Assembly: GCA_041690135.1 (NCBI GenBank)
Contig: JAWLHY010000016.1
Location: forward strand, 64,001 to 128,000
Source: Armatimonadota bacterium
GTDB taxonomy: Bacteria > Armatimonadota > SYMT01
Length of the DNA: 64,000 bases
Reading direction: 5' to 3'
The notes under the pieces are model-generated. The model made no database searches. It had not been told where the DNA came from and worked only from the letters and a program-made list of their open reading frames with translations. Positions 48,905 through 59,042 of this stretch are shown here, in pieces. Position numbers and translations under genes: made by a program. Position 1 is the first letter of the stretch. Every line of letters starts with the position of its first letter.

Positions 48905-50212
48905 TTGCCAGGGAGCCTTCCGTTGCGCGTGTTCCACCGTTGTGCTGTATCGCTGGCTATGGCCTGCCTTCTTGCAGGGGTAGCGAGTGCTGAATCCCTC
49001 TGGACGGACTTCCGGGGACCGACCGGACAGGGCCACTCTTCCGCGATGGGTCTGCCATTGGAGTGGGGTCCCACCAAAAACATCACCTGGCGTGTCGAAC
49101 TCCCCGGGCGCGCCTGGTCCTCACCGATCTTCGCGGGCGGTAAGATTTTCCTCACCAACGCGGTCCCGCTGAAGCCCGATGAGCCCGAGGCCGGTGTCTC
49201 CCTCCGGGTGCTGGCCCTGGATGCGGCTACTGGCAAGCTGCAATGGGACCAGGAGGTGCTCCAGCAGACGGACCCGGCGGCGCTGCGCCAGCACGAGAAG
49301 AACAGTCACGCCAGCCCCTCACCCGTTTACGAAATGGGGCGGATCTACGCTCACTTCGGGCACCATGGCACGGCCTGCGTCGACGAAACCGGCAAGGTCT
49401 TGTGGAGCACGCGCGAGCACCGCTATCCGCCGGTACACGGCACCGGAGGGAGCCCCGTGCTGGTGGACGATCTCCTCATTTTCAACGCGGACGGCGCGAC
49501 CAACCCCGCGGTGATCGCCCTGGAGAAGGCCACGGGCAAGCTCCGCTGGAAGACGCCTCGCCCACCCTCCCCCGCCCGGGGCAAATTCTCCTTCAGCACC
49601 CCCCTCCTGATCCAGGTGAACGGCCGGAGTCAACTCATCACGCCCGGCAGCGGCATCGTGCAGGCGCTGGACCCGAAAGACGGTAGCGAGATCTGGCACG
49701 CCTTTTACGGAACCGGCTTCTCCGTGGTGCCGCGGCCAGTGCATGCCCACGGCATGGTATTCCTGAGTTCCGGATATCAGCGACCCGTCGCCTACGCGAT
49801 CCGCGTCGATGGCCGGGGCGACGTGACGGACTCCCACGTCGCGTGGACCGCGACCAAACGCGCCCCCCTTAATCCTTCCATGGTCGTAGTGGGCGATGAG
49901 CTGTATATGCTCGCCGACAGCGGGATCCTGTCATGCGTGGACGCGAAGACGGGTGAGGTCCACTACGAAGAGCGGGTGCTGGGCCCCAGCTCCGCGTCCC
50001 TCCTGGCGGCGGAGGGTCGCATCTACGCCGTGGACGAACTCGGGAAGGCGGTGGTGGTCAAGGCCGGCAAGACGTTCCAACTCCTGGCGACGAACGACTT
50101 CGGCGAGCGCACACTGGCCTCGTTCGCCGTTTGCGACAGCGATTTGCTGGCTCGGACCGAAAAGGCCGTCTACCGGATTAGCAAAGCGGGACCTCCGAAG
50201 GCGGGTCGCTGA
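48905..50212 (+). CDS. PQQ-like beta-propeller repeat protein
   Basis: WTDFRGPTGQG, AWSSPI, NSHASPSP, SFSTPLLI; start uncertain. Confidence 0.9.
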   Translation: MPGSLPLRVFHRCAVSLAMACLLAGVASAESLWTDFRGPTGQGHSSAMGLPLEWGPTKNITWRVELPGRAWSSPIFAGGKIFLTNAVPLKPDEPEAGVSLRVLALDAATGKLQWDQEVLQQTDPAALRQHEKNSHASPSPVYEMGRIYAHFGHHGTACVDETGKVLWSTREHRYPPVHGTGGSPVLVDDLLIFNADGATNPAVIALEKATGKLRWKTPRPPSPARGKFSFSTPLLIQVNGRSQLITPGSGIVQALDPKDGSEIWHAFYGTGFSVVPRPVHAHGMVFLSSGYQRPVAYAIRVDGRGDVTDSHVAWTATKRAPLNPSMVVVGDELYMLADSGILSCVDAKTGEVHYEERVLGPSSASLLAAEGRIYAVDELGKAVVVKAGKTFQLLATNDFGERTLASFAVCDSDLLARTEKAVYRISKAGPPKAGR

Positions 50213-50288
50213 CCCTCGCGGTTTCGTCGGCCGGCTCTTGCGGACAAGAATAGTACAGCACTCTCGAACTATAGGTAGAGGCCGCCCG

Positions 50289-50549
50289 ATGCCAGAGGAC
50301 CTGCTCGATCCCGACCTTCGCCCCACCGTACTGGAAGAAAGCACCTTTCAGGAACGCCTCGACCGTTGGGTGGACGTGATGAACACCTGCGAACAGTTTC
50401 TCCTGGCCGGTCTCCGCCGGGAAATCGGACCGGATGGCGATTTGGATGCAGCCTATCGCCAGTGGTACGAGCAGCAGATGGAAGAACACGACCGGACGAT
50501 GATCCACCTGCTGGAACAACTCAATCGGAGGCTGGGAAGCGGTGGCTGA
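50289..50549 (+). CDS. Small hypothetical protein, partner of the downstream nucleotidyltransferase
   Basis: GAGG RBS; 86-aa helical ORF whose stop overlaps the GTG of the next gene. Confidence 0.65.
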   Translation: MPEDLLDPDLRPTVLEESTFQERLDRWVDVMNTCEQFLLAGLRREIGPDGDLDAAYRQWYEQQMEEHDRTMIHLLEQLNRRLGSGG

Positions 50550-50987
50550 TCTCATCCTGACTGTCCTTAACGGGTGCTGGCGGTTCTTCGGCAGCTCAAT
50601 ACGCCTTCGGGGGTGATGGGGGGAGTCGCCGTATCCCTCTGGAAGTACGTACGCGCCACGCAGGATGTAGACCTCCTTGTGGCTGTTCCCAATGATGAAG
50701 ACCAGCTGATTCAGGCCTTCCAAGACGCTGGGTTTCTGCCCAAGCGCCAACCGCCAGTCCTCCAACTCGATGAGTTTCGACTGCTGCAGCTACTTTATGA
50801 GCCGGCAGGTCGGATACTCGATCGTGCGGATGTTAGTGCACTGCTGCGCGCGAACGAGGCGGCCCTTGACACCGGATACCTTCACACCTGGGCGTCCAGG
50901 CTGGGTGTCGAAGCCGATCTGAAGAGTATCTGGCAAGAATCGCTCCCAGGTCGAGACGGTCCGGAAGGTGCTCCTGGGGTGAAGTAG
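50542..50987 (+). pseudogene. Nucleotidyltransferase (MNT/AbiEii-like), probably frameshifted and internally deleted
   Basis: GGVAV...RATQDVDLL catalytic motif and GRILDRAD. The coupled GTG 50542 is out of frame with the body (shift near 50568), and the middle of the domain appears to be missing. Confidence 0.6.
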
Positions 50988-51325
50988 CGCGATCAGCTCG
51001 TTCTATCCGGAACACCACCCTGTGTCAGGCCCCGGACGTGGAGGTGGATCTTGGCGGCATCCGCGGAGGTCATCTTGCGTATGGCTTCTTCAACGGATTG
51101 CCGGTGCCGAGGGACCGAGGCACGGTAGTGAGCGCTCCGTGGAGACAGATAGCGCCGATGAAACTCTACCACTCAGGTTCCGTGCTCGGGGTGCTCGTTA
51201 CCCTACCCTGGGGCTGCCAGCAGACTCACGCTGCGGAGAAGGCCTTCACTGCCGCACCGTGTAAGGGGGATCTTCTAGTTTGAAGATCCCCTCTCGCGTT
51301 TTGGCCCGCACGCGGTACCGGCGGC

Positions 51326-52096
51326 TTACTCGGCTTTGCTGGATGCCGCAAGCTCCAGGATTTGGGTTCGGAGGATCGCCACCCACGCCGTGTAGCCGTC
51401 GTTGTTGAGATGAAGGCCGTCGTCGCGCAGCAGGTCCGCGCGCGGCTCCCCTTCCGGGGTCAGGAACTTGGTGTGGGAATCGAGGTACGCCAGTTTGCCG
51501 CCCTTTGCGTTCTGTTCCTGAATGTAACTGGCAATCTGGCGGTTGGCCTCCACCATCTGCTCCTGCAGGTTCCAGCGCTTCACGCTCGGGTTGATCGAGA
51601 TGAAGGCGATGCGGGTGTCCGGCAACTCGGCGCGTACTACGGCCACGAACTGTTCGAAGTCCTTTCGGACCTGTTCGGGGGTCAATCCCCGGGCGATGTC
51701 GTTGCTGCCGGCGTACAGGACGATCAGTCGCGGCTTGTAAGGAAGCACGATCCGGGGCGCGTAGTGGGTGCATTCCGCGATAATGGAGCCGCCGAAGCCG
51801 CGATTGATCACCTCCAACTCGGGGAAATCGTCGGCCAACGTCTTCCAGAGGCGAATACTGGAGCTGCCGACGAACAACACTCCGCCGGTGGGTGGTGGGT
51901 TCTCCCGGTCCGCCGCTTCATACGCGGCAATATCCTTCTCGAAGCGTGCTTCAGGTTTGGTTTCCGCCGGCTGGGCCGTACCAGCCGGTGAGGTAGGTGC
52001 GTGGCCAATTGCGGCGGATGCGGGTAGTCCCGGCGCGCCGAGGGAGAAGGCAAGGCCGGCGACCAGAAAACTGTAGATCAAGCGGTGGAGACGCAT
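51326..52096 (-). CDS. SGNH/GDSL hydrolase, secreted
   Basis: FVGSSSI, NRGFGGS, YAGSND, DGLH. Confidence 0.92.
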   Translation of the reverse strand: MRLHRLIYSFLVAGLAFSLGAPGLPASAAIGHAPTSPAGTAQPAETKPEARFEKDIAAYEAADRENPPPTGGVLFVGSSSIRLWKTLADDFPELEVINRGFGGSIIAECTHYAPRIVLPYKPRLIVLYAGSNDIARGLTPEQVRKDFEQFVAVVRAELPDTRIAFISINPSVKRWNLQEQMVEANRQIASYIQEQNAKGGKLAYLDSHTKFLTPEGEPRADLLRDDGLHLNNDGYTAWVAILRTQILELAASSKAE

Positions 52097-52177
52097 TCAA
52101 GAGCTCTCATGTCTGGAGGCCAGGCGACTTGCCTGGCCTCCCTCGCGTTTGGGGTGCGGTCCGGGGCGGACACGTAG

Positions 52178-54187
52178 TTATACGTTCCGGAGCCCAGATC
52201 CGTCTTTCCCCGAATTCTCCGCTCCTGGAACCTCCCGCACGGACTGGAGCCAAGCAGCCAGTTCGGTGTGGCCGGATTTTTCCGCCCAGGCCAACGGCGC
52301 GGCCCAGGGTTCCGCGTCCAGTTCATCAATGGGAGCGCCGCGTTCCACGAGGAGGCGCGCCATGCCCAGGCGGTTCCAGCGCGCCGCCCACCCCAAAGGC
52401 GTGCTCCGGAGGAGATCATCACGCACGTCCCACTGGGCACCGGCGTCCAGCAGCATGGTAGCGAACTCCGACCGCACCGCTTCGGTCATGACCGGCTGGC
52501 CCCAGGTGCTTCCCAGTGCCGCGACGCGGTGCAGCATCGTCGCACCGAACCGGCCCACCAGGTTGGGATCGCATCGTTCCAGGATCAGGCGGAAGCAAAG
52601 CGCGTAGGTGGACCGGTCCAACTCCTCGGCTCCGCGCGGAACCCAGTGTCCGGGGCCGTGGTTCCAGAGGCGGAGAGGCTGCTCCAGGATCTCGAACCAG
52701 CGGGTATCGTCTTTCGGCCAGTCGAGGCGCTCCAGGCATGCTGCCACGATTGCAGGATCTCCTCCACAGGCGGCAGCCCACAGGAGATCGCGAATGCCTT
52801 TCTCCCCGGTCTCCTTCAGGGAAGGAGATACCTCGTTGCCGCCCTCCAGGAAGCTGAGCCCCAGCGCTGTATGCCGGTATAGTCCGGCCGTGATGGCATC
52901 GACGCGTCCGCCGTAGCGTCGAAGCAGCACGATCATGCGCTTATCCCGCTGACCGTAGGCCTGGAACACGGCCGACCCGCTGGCATAGACCTGCGCGTTG
53001 GGATCGGCGCCCCGCTCCAGCAGCAACTCCGCCAGGTCAAGACGCCCGGAGCCGGCACAGTGCCACAGCGGCATCCCACTGCTGAGCTGCTTCTCCTCCA
53101 GTTCCAGGACCTGCGTCGCCTCGTTCGGATCCAGGCCCAAATCGAGCAGTGACTCCAGCACGTCGGAGCGGTCGTGCTGGACAGCCACGCTCAGAAGGCC
53201 TCCCCGGAAGACATCGATCTGCGTGAATGCTTCCGGCCTCTCTGCGTGGAGTGAGATCAGGGCCTCGCGTTCTCCCAGCGCCACGGCGGCCAACGGCGTA
53301 ATGCGGGCTCCCGCAGTCCTCATCCGGTTCGCCACCGGTTCGAAGCGCCGTAAAGACCCCGGCCTACGCCAGTGGACGGCCCGGACCGCGTGATCCAGGG
53401 GCGTGTGACCGCGAAAGTCGAGCGCGTCAACCTCCGCGCCGTGGTTTAACAGCCAGAAGACCACTTGCTCGCTAAGTGCGGCGGCGGCCAGGTGAAGTGC
53501 GGTGGCTCCCTCTTCGTTTACGGCAACCAGCAATGAGGGATCTTCGTTCAACAGCGCAATCGCTGATTCCGCGGCTTCCCCCCGCAACGCTTCCACAAAC
53601 GGGGTGAGATCAGGCACCGCGACCGACCTGGCCCCAGCCAGTGCTTCCCGGCGCCGCCTCTCCCCTTCGTCGATCGCCGCCACGACCTCCGTGTAGCCTC
53701 GTTCACGGGCCAGGGTGTAGGCACTGGTGGCGTCGCGGTGCGGGTAGATGCCCTGATGCGGGTCTGCTCCCGCTTCCATCAGGAGCCGCACCATCTCCAC
53801 GCAGCGGCCCAGAACCGCGAAGTGCAGGGCCCGGTGCTCGTTGTCGCCGGCCAGGTCCATGTGGACCAGCTCCGGCCGGCGCCGGAGCAAGGCGCGCACA
53901 CGGGATCGGTCACCCGCCTGCACCGCTTCCACCAGGCGGGCTACGGTGGCCCGGTCCAATTCTTCCTTCAGCCGGGGCCAGCTCTCGAAACCGTGGAAAC
54001 GCGCGATCACCAGCAGCGCATCCGAGAGTTGGAAGGTGGCGGGGTCGGCGTTGCGGTAATGGGCATCCACCAACGCCACAGCATCCGGATGCCCGGCTTT
54101 GAACGCCCGGCACAGGTCGCGGGCCTGGCGGCGGACTTGCTCCGCATCCCGGTGCCGTTCGTGCGGCGTGGGGGGCAGGTAACGCAT
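52178..54187 (-). CDS. Ankyrin-repeat protein with N-terminal 'ARxxGFxSW' helical module
   Basis: GAAAGGAG RBS; ANK repeats (RALHFAV, TALHLAA, TPLDHAV, TPLGWAA, LLERGADPN). Confidence 0.9.
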   Translation of the reverse strand: MRYLPPTPHERHRDAEQVRRQARDLCRAFKAGHPDAVALVDAHYRNADPATFQLSDALLVIARFHGFESWPRLKEELDRATVARLVEAVQAGDRSRVRALLRRRPELVHMDLAGDNEHRALHFAVLGRCVEMVRLLMEAGADPHQGIYPHRDATSAYTLARERGYTEVVAAIDEGERRRREALAGARSVAVPDLTPFVEALRGEAAESAIALLNEDPSLLVAVNEEGATALHLAAAALSEQVVFWLLNHGAEVDALDFRGHTPLDHAVRAVHWRRPGSLRRFEPVANRMRTAGARITPLAAVALGEREALISLHAERPEAFTQIDVFRGGLLSVAVQHDRSDVLESLLDLGLDPNEATQVLELEEKQLSSGMPLWHCAGSGRLDLAELLLERGADPNAQVYASGSAVFQAYGQRDKRMIVLLRRYGGRVDAITAGLYRHTALGLSFLEGGNEVSPSLKETGEKGIRDLLWAAACGGDPAIVAACLERLDWPKDDTRWFEILEQPLRLWNHGPGHWVPRGAEELDRSTYALCFRLILERCDPNLVGRFGATMLHRVAALGSTWGQPVMTEAVRSEFATMLLDAGAQWDVRDDLLRSTPLGWAARWNRLGMARLLVERGAPIDELDAEPWAAPLAWAEKSGHTELAAWLQSVREVPGAENSGKDGSGLRNV

Positions 54188-54325
54188 GGAGATCTCCTTT
54201 CACGAGCGGGCCCGAGGTCCGCTCGATCGGGCAGAAAGAAGATCGCCCTGGCTACAGGTAATGCGGCCGGAACAGGTGGACACGGTCCTTTCCGCGGACT
54301 CGGGGGCGCCCTGCCGCACCCTCTC
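54188..54325 (-). ncRNA. Candidate structured cis-regulatory leader RNA of the ankyrin gene
   Basis: Extended -10 TGCTATACC on the minus strand at ~54330-54338. Long-range stem 54294-54304 / 54211-54222 competes with local hairpins 54285-54299 and 54204-54224. Confidence 0.55.
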
Positions 54326-54405
54326 GCTTGGTATAGCATGAAGACGACCGGAGGGCACCACGCAAACCGGAGCAAAAAACTTCCTGATTCATCATGCGGA
54401 AGTGC

Positions 54406-54436
54406 TTGACCCTGACGTTACGTCACCCTGTAGCCT
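54406..54436 (+). promoter_or_regulatory. MerR-type promoter/operator
   Basis: TTGACC - 19 bp - TAGCCT with dyad TGACGT-T-ACGTCA (54413-54425) in the spacer. Confidence 0.85.
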
Positions 54437-54460
54437 GCACACGGAAAGGAGGAGGACACC

Positions 54461-55294
54461 CTGAACGGCCGTTTCTATCGCACGGGGCAATTTGCACGAC
54501 GGGCATCCGTCACGCTGCGCACGCTCCGCTACTACGACCGGGTCGGTCTCTTGAGCCCCCGGCAGCACACAGATGCGGGATATCGCCTCTATTCGGACGA
54601 GGACCTGGTCCGATTGCAGCAGATCCTGGGGCTCAAGTTCCTGGGTTTCACGCTGCAGGAGATCCGCGCCTGCCTGGAAGCTGGGCCGCAGCAGCTCTCC
54701 GTGGTGCTGGCGCAGCAGAAGGCGATGCTGGTGGACAAGCGCCGCCAGCTCGACGCAATCTTGCGGGCGATCGAGGAGACCGAGCAGCTTGTGCAGGCCG
54801 GCGAGTGGAATTGGGAGGCCATCGCGGGGGTGATCCAGATAACGCAAATGGAACAAAAGAGTGAATGGGTGAAGAAGTACTTCTCGGAAGAGCAACTCGC
54901 CAAGATGGAGGAGCTTAGCCAGAGCTCCTACTCGCCCGAAGCGCGTGAAACACTGGCTCAGCGCAGTGGGGAGTGGACCGAGGCCGACCAGCAGCGCGCC
55001 CAGGAACAGTGGGCGCATGTGGCGAACGAGGCCCGCCGACTGGCTGCTGCCGGAGCGGACCCCGGCGGACCCGAAGCTCAGGCAGTCGCGAAGTTCAAGT
55101 ACGAGCTTCTTTCGGCCTTCACACAGGGGGATCTCCAGGTGGAAGCCGGCCTGAACCGATTCTGGGAACAGTTCCAGGCATTGCCGAAGGACGAGCAACC
55201 GTTCGATAACTCTCCCTTCGACGCCGGAGAGGAGGGCAATGCCCTGCTCAACCGCGCTATGGAGATCTACCGAGAGCGGAGTGCCGGTCCCTGA
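54461..55294 (+). CDS. MerR-family regulator with TipAS-like C-terminal domain (CTG start)
   Basis: FYRTGQFARRASVTLRTLRYYDRVGLLSP...GYRLYS...LGFTLQEI; DPGGPEAQAVA TipAS-like motif; strong AGGAGGAGG RBS before CTG. Confidence 0.9.
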   Translation: MNGRFYRTGQFARRASVTLRTLRYYDRVGLLSPRQHTDAGYRLYSDEDLVRLQQILGLKFLGFTLQEIRACLEAGPQQLSVVLAQQKAMLVDKRRQLDAILRAIEETEQLVQAGEWNWEAIAGVIQITQMEQKSEWVKKYFSEEQLAKMEELSQSSYSPEARETLAQRSGEWTEADQQRAQEQWAHVANEARRLAAAGADPGGPEAQAVAKFKYELLSAFTQGDLQVEAGLNRFWEQFQALPKDEQPFDNSPFDAGEEGNALLNRAMEIYRERSAGP

Positions 55295-55343
55295 AAACCG
55301 AGGAAGCCATGACCTGCCTCGCAGGCGTGCACACTAGCCAAAT

Positions 55344-55391
55344 GGGAAGCGGTGGGGCCCCTGTTCGCCGGCACAGGCTCACCGTTTCCCA
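55344..55391 (+). terminator. Long hairpin downstream of merR
   Basis: GGGAAGCGGTGGGG..CCTGT...ACAGG.CTCACCGTTTCCC imperfect stem. Confidence 0.45.
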
Positions 55392-55645
55392 GGCCGTTGG
55401 GGCTACTGCACCTTCTCACAGGAAAGATCTGTAGACCGAGTTGCTGAGTGGCCCGGTGGCATGTTAAGTAAACACTTAGAACCGTAGTTGTAGTTCAGAA
55501 TCCTTCACCGGCTAACCGGTCTCCCTTCGACCTATGGGGGCGGAAGCAAGAGACCGGTATCTTATCTAACGCCGGCAGGTAACGAAGCAGGTCCATTCCA
55601 TCGCCTCCGACGGTGCAGGCGGAGGCCCTCACCGAGGGAAAGACC

Positions 55646-56419
55646 ATGAGATCGCGTCGGTCGGGGTTTACTTTGATCGAGCTACTGGTGGTTATCGCCA
55701 TCATAGCCATTCTGGCGGCAATCCTGTTCCCTGTGTTTGCACAGGCGCGCGAAAAGGCCCGGTCCGCCGCCTGCTTGAGTAATGTCAAGCAGCTCGCCAG
55801 CGCTGTCTTGATGTACACTCAGGACTACGATGAATTGCTGCCTCACCATGCTGCGGACGTTCAGGACTTCCTGAACCCGGCGGTTGCCCCAACCTGGCAG
55901 CGGGGGACCCTTCCCTATATCAAGAACGATAAGGTGTTCTTCTGTCCTTCCAGCCCTCAGGCTCCCACGCAACCGGAGAACGCCACCAATCGCTTGTGGC
56001 CCCGGAGTTCGTACCAGGGGAACTGCGTGGTCATCTCCCGGACGGGAACCGCGCTGGCCCGAATCCCCAATCCGGCGGACATCCTGTTTGCGCAGGAGAA
56101 TTTCTTCAAGTTTTTCAACGCGTATAATCGCCCCACGCAGAGCGGCAGCAACTTCTACTACTGGCACCTGATCGACTGTCGCCCGCAGTATCCCGGGCTC
56201 CCGATGACCGGTGGTCCGTGCGGCGAACAGTACAACAGCCGCCACTTCAGCGGCGGCAATCTCGTCTTTGTCGACGGGCACGCCAAGTACTTCCAGGTGG
56301 CGCGCATGAGAAGCGGTATGTTCGGGCTATTGCCCGACGAACCTTACAACCCGAACGACCCAACGCAGGGAACCTGCAGCCCCGGTTGTAGCTCGAAAGC
56401 TTATACGGCCGCGTTTTAG
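55646..56419 (+). CDS. Prepilin-type N-methylation / DUF1559 / H-X9-DG protein
   Basis: [56 protein letters not shown]. Confidence 0.93.
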   Translation: MRSRRSGFTLIELLVVIAIIAILAAILFPVFAQAREKARSAACLSNVKQLASAVLMYTQDYDELLPHHAADVQDFLNPAVAPTWQRGTLPYIKNDKVFFCPSSPQAPTQPENATNRLWPRSSYQGNCVVISRTGTALARIPNPADILFAQENFFKFFNAYNRPTQSGSNFYYWHLIDCRPQYPGLPMTGGPCGEQYNSRHFSGGNLVFVDGHAKYFQVARMRSGMFGLLPDEPYNPNDPTQGTCSPGCSSKAYTAAF

Positions 56420-56459
56420 CATTGACGCACTCCCGGCGTAACCGGAGAGGTAACTTCCA

Positions 56460-57374
56460 TCAACCGCCTGCGGCTGGCGTGAAGTGCTGGGCGACTTCAC
56501 GGGCGATCTCCGCGCTCAGGAGATCGCCCGCGTTGTCCGCGGACCAACGCTGGTCTTCATTCTGGTCGGTGAGCACGCTCAGGGCCACGGGGCCGCTCCG
56601 TGTATAGAGGATGCCCGCGGCCGTGCGGGCCGCGTTGACGCTGCCGCCTTTGAAGGCGACCCGCACGCCCGATGGGAGGAAACGCGGAAACTTGAAAGGA
56701 GCGTCGGTGGCCCGGAGGTGCCCCAGCATCGCCGCGGAGGCCTCGGGGCTGACCAGTTGGCGCTTTTCCAGGGCTTCAAACAACCGAACCGTTTCGCGCG
56801 CTGTAGTGCTGCCCAGCCCGAACTGCCGGCTGCGCTCCGGAAACACGGAAGTGTCCCGGCGGAACACCTTGGCATGCAGCTTGGTATGCGGGTAGCCCAG
56901 GCGCTCCATGGTAGCTGCCGTGGCGCCGACCCCGATCTGGTCCACGACCATATTGGTGGCCGTGTTGTCCGAGAGGGAGATCATAAGGTGGATGGCGTCT
57001 CGCAGGGTCAGCGTCAGCCCCGGCGTGAGTTGAGTCAGGATGCCCGAGCCGGGCACCTGGTCTTCTTTGCGAAGTGTGAGTTTCCGGTCGAGATCCAGTT
57101 GACCTTCCTTAGCCTGCCGGTAGGCCTCCACCATCACTGCCACCTTGATCAGGCTGGCGGTAGGCATCGGCGCATCGGCCTGGTGGTAGAACTCTTCGCC
57201 GGTGGTGAGATGCTTGACCGCTACCGCGACTTTCCCTTTGTGTGCGGTTATCAGAGGCTTCAGACGGTCTGACAGCGTTGCTTCGGTTGCAGCACGAGCC
57301 GGCAGACCCAGCATCGGGGCGGAAAACAGAACTGCCGTCGATAAACCGGCGAACTGCCTGCGTGAGATGCGCAT
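56460..57374 (-). CDS. Class A beta-lactamase-related serine hydrolase, Tat leader
   Basis: SRRQF leader; SLIK (SxxK), SDN, KGG (KTG-equivalent); start uncertain. Confidence 0.85.
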   Translation of the reverse strand: MRISRRQFAGLSTAVLFSAPMLGLPARAATEATLSDRLKPLITAHKGKVAVAVKHLTTGEEFYHQADAPMPTASLIKVAVMVEAYRQAKEGQLDLDRKLTLRKEDQVPGSGILTQLTPGLTLTLRDAIHLMISLSDNTATNMVVDQIGVGATAATMERLGYPHTKLHAKVFRRDTSVFPERSRQFGLGSTTARETVRLFEALEKRQLVSPEASAAMLGHLRATDAPFKFPRFLPSGVRVAFKGGSVNAARTAAGILYTRSGPVALSVLTDQNEDQRWSADNAGDLLSAEIAREVAQHFTPAAGG

Positions 57375-57588
57375 TTGGATGGCGCGCAATTTCAGCCTCG
57401 TAAGTTCATCCATCTTCCGGCCCGCCGACCGGCACATCGCTTTACTGTCTTCACCCATGGAATCCTCCCTGCCCCATTCTAACAGACGCAGGAGTTGTGG
57501 AAAGCGGAAGAGGTGGCGGAAACAAAAAGCGATCCACCCCTTGTGCAAAGAGTGGATCGCTTGAACGCTGGTTAAGTCCGGCGCCGGA

Positions 57589-58908
57589 TCAGGTCAGGTC
57601 CGGGAGAGGGCCGCCACCGCAGAAGTCCGGGTTGCCGAAGGTCGGAATCCGGTGGCCGAACCCGTGCGCGAGGGACATCAGCAGGCGGTTGTGCGGCACG
57701 CGCGGGTACTTGAGGGAACGACCCATCTTGAACCCGAGGCCGCCGCCCACGAGCACGAACGGAATGTTGTCCAGGGTGTGAGAGTTGCCCTTGCCCAGCT
57801 CGTTGGTCCACACGATGAGCGTGTTGTCGAGCAGGCTTCCCTCTCCGCCGGGCTCCGGCGTTTCGGCGAGGCGCTTGGCCATGTACGCCAACTGGCTGCA
57901 GTACCACTGGTTGATCCGGGTGAGCTTGTCCTGGGCGTCGGCATCGCTGTCCGGCTTGTGGGAGAGGTCGTGCTGCCCCTCCTGAATACCGAGCCAGCGC
58001 ATCCGGGCCTGGCCCACCGAGTTGGTGTACTGGAACGTCGCCACGCGAGCGAAGTCGGCGGCGAAGCTGTTCACCAGCAGGTCGATCTGCAGCTTGCTGA
58101 TCTGCGGGATGTTGTCGTTGTCCTCTTTCACCCCGGGTTCCAGCACGGGTACCGGATGTCCCATCTTCTGGGTGCCGGCGGAGCGGATCTCTTGCTCCAT
58201 CTCGCGGACGAGGGTGGCGTGCTCTTCCAGGATCTTCCGATCTTCCGACCCGACCCGGGAGCGCACCTTATCCAGGTCCTCGCGCAAATCGTCCAGCACA
58301 CTCCGGAGGCTTTCCTGGTCCTTGGCGCGACCATACAGCTTCTGAAACAACTGGTATGGATTGTCGATCGGAGCGACGGGCTTGTTCGGGCCGACATAGG
58401 ACATCCGGGTCCAGGTATCGGCTCGGTCCGGTACCATCACCCCGAGTTCCAGCGAGCCGAACCGGGTGCGGGTGGCGGGGTCCTTCTGGAGATAATTCTT
58501 GATCTCCTGGTCGATCGAAAGGCCGCTAGCCCAACCGGCCGGTGTATGGGAGCCGCCCTGGATATTGCCGGGGAAGAGCTCGATGCCCGTGAGCAGGCAG
58601 CCGATGCCCCGCATGTGGGCGTCGCCGTCCCCGCGCACGCGGTCGCATACGCCGTGCAGGATGAGGGTGCGGTCCCGGAACGGCTCCAGGGGCTTGAGGC
58701 TCTCCTTGAGCGTGAAGGCCTCCCCCACTTCATCCGGCCAGAACGTGTTGGGCACTACGCCGTCGGGGCTGAACATCACTACCAGACGCTGCTTGCGCCG
58801 GCCGTCGGCCGCGTGGGCCAGGCTGGGCAGGTTCAGGACGAAGGGCAGCGCGGCAGCGCTAACACCCAGGTCGCGCAAAAACTCACGTCGGGTATTCCGA
58901 TAGCTCAC
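57589..58908 (-). CDS. DUF1552 protein, Tat leader
   Basis: [38 protein letters not shown]. Confidence 0.92.
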   Translation of the reverse strand: MSYRNTRREFLRDLGVSAAALPFVLNLPSLAHAADGRRKQRLVVMFSPDGVVPNTFWPDEVGEAFTLKESLKPLEPFRDRTLILHGVCDRVRGDGDAHMRGIGCLLTGIELFPGNIQGGSHTPAGWASGLSIDQEIKNYLQKDPATRTRFGSLELGVMVPDRADTWTRMSYVGPNKPVAPIDNPYQLFQKLYGRAKDQESLRSVLDDLREDLDKVRSRVGSEDRKILEEHATLVREMEQEIRSAGTQKMGHPVPVLEPGVKEDNDNIPQISKLQIDLLVNSFAADFARVATFQYTNSVGQARMRWLGIQEGQHDLSHKPDSDADAQDKLTRINQWYCSQLAYMAKRLAETPEPGGEGSLLDNTLIVWTNELGKGNSHTLDNIPFVLVGGGLGFKMGRSLKYPRVPHNRLLMSLAHGFGHRIPTFGNPDFCGGGPLPDLT

Positions 58909-59042
58909 GTTAGTTCCTCAAATCCACCATTACGACATCTAGAGGGCTCATCCGCCTCCCTACGCCTTTCCAACACCGGGTAGGGACGAGGGGTAAACCC
59001 CTCCAGTGATTGGGACGGTCTGACCTGTGGAGAGTTTCAGGT

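Noticed and set aside
51158-51283. Short ORF resembling a lipoprotein signal-peptide remnant
   Set aside because: Too short, with no recognisable domain to support a gene or pseudogene call.
56460-57374. Bona fide antibiotic-resistance beta-lactamase
   Set aside because: SxxK and SDN are present, but KTG is KGG and I cannot see the Glu166 omega-loop motif; called a related serine hydrolase only.
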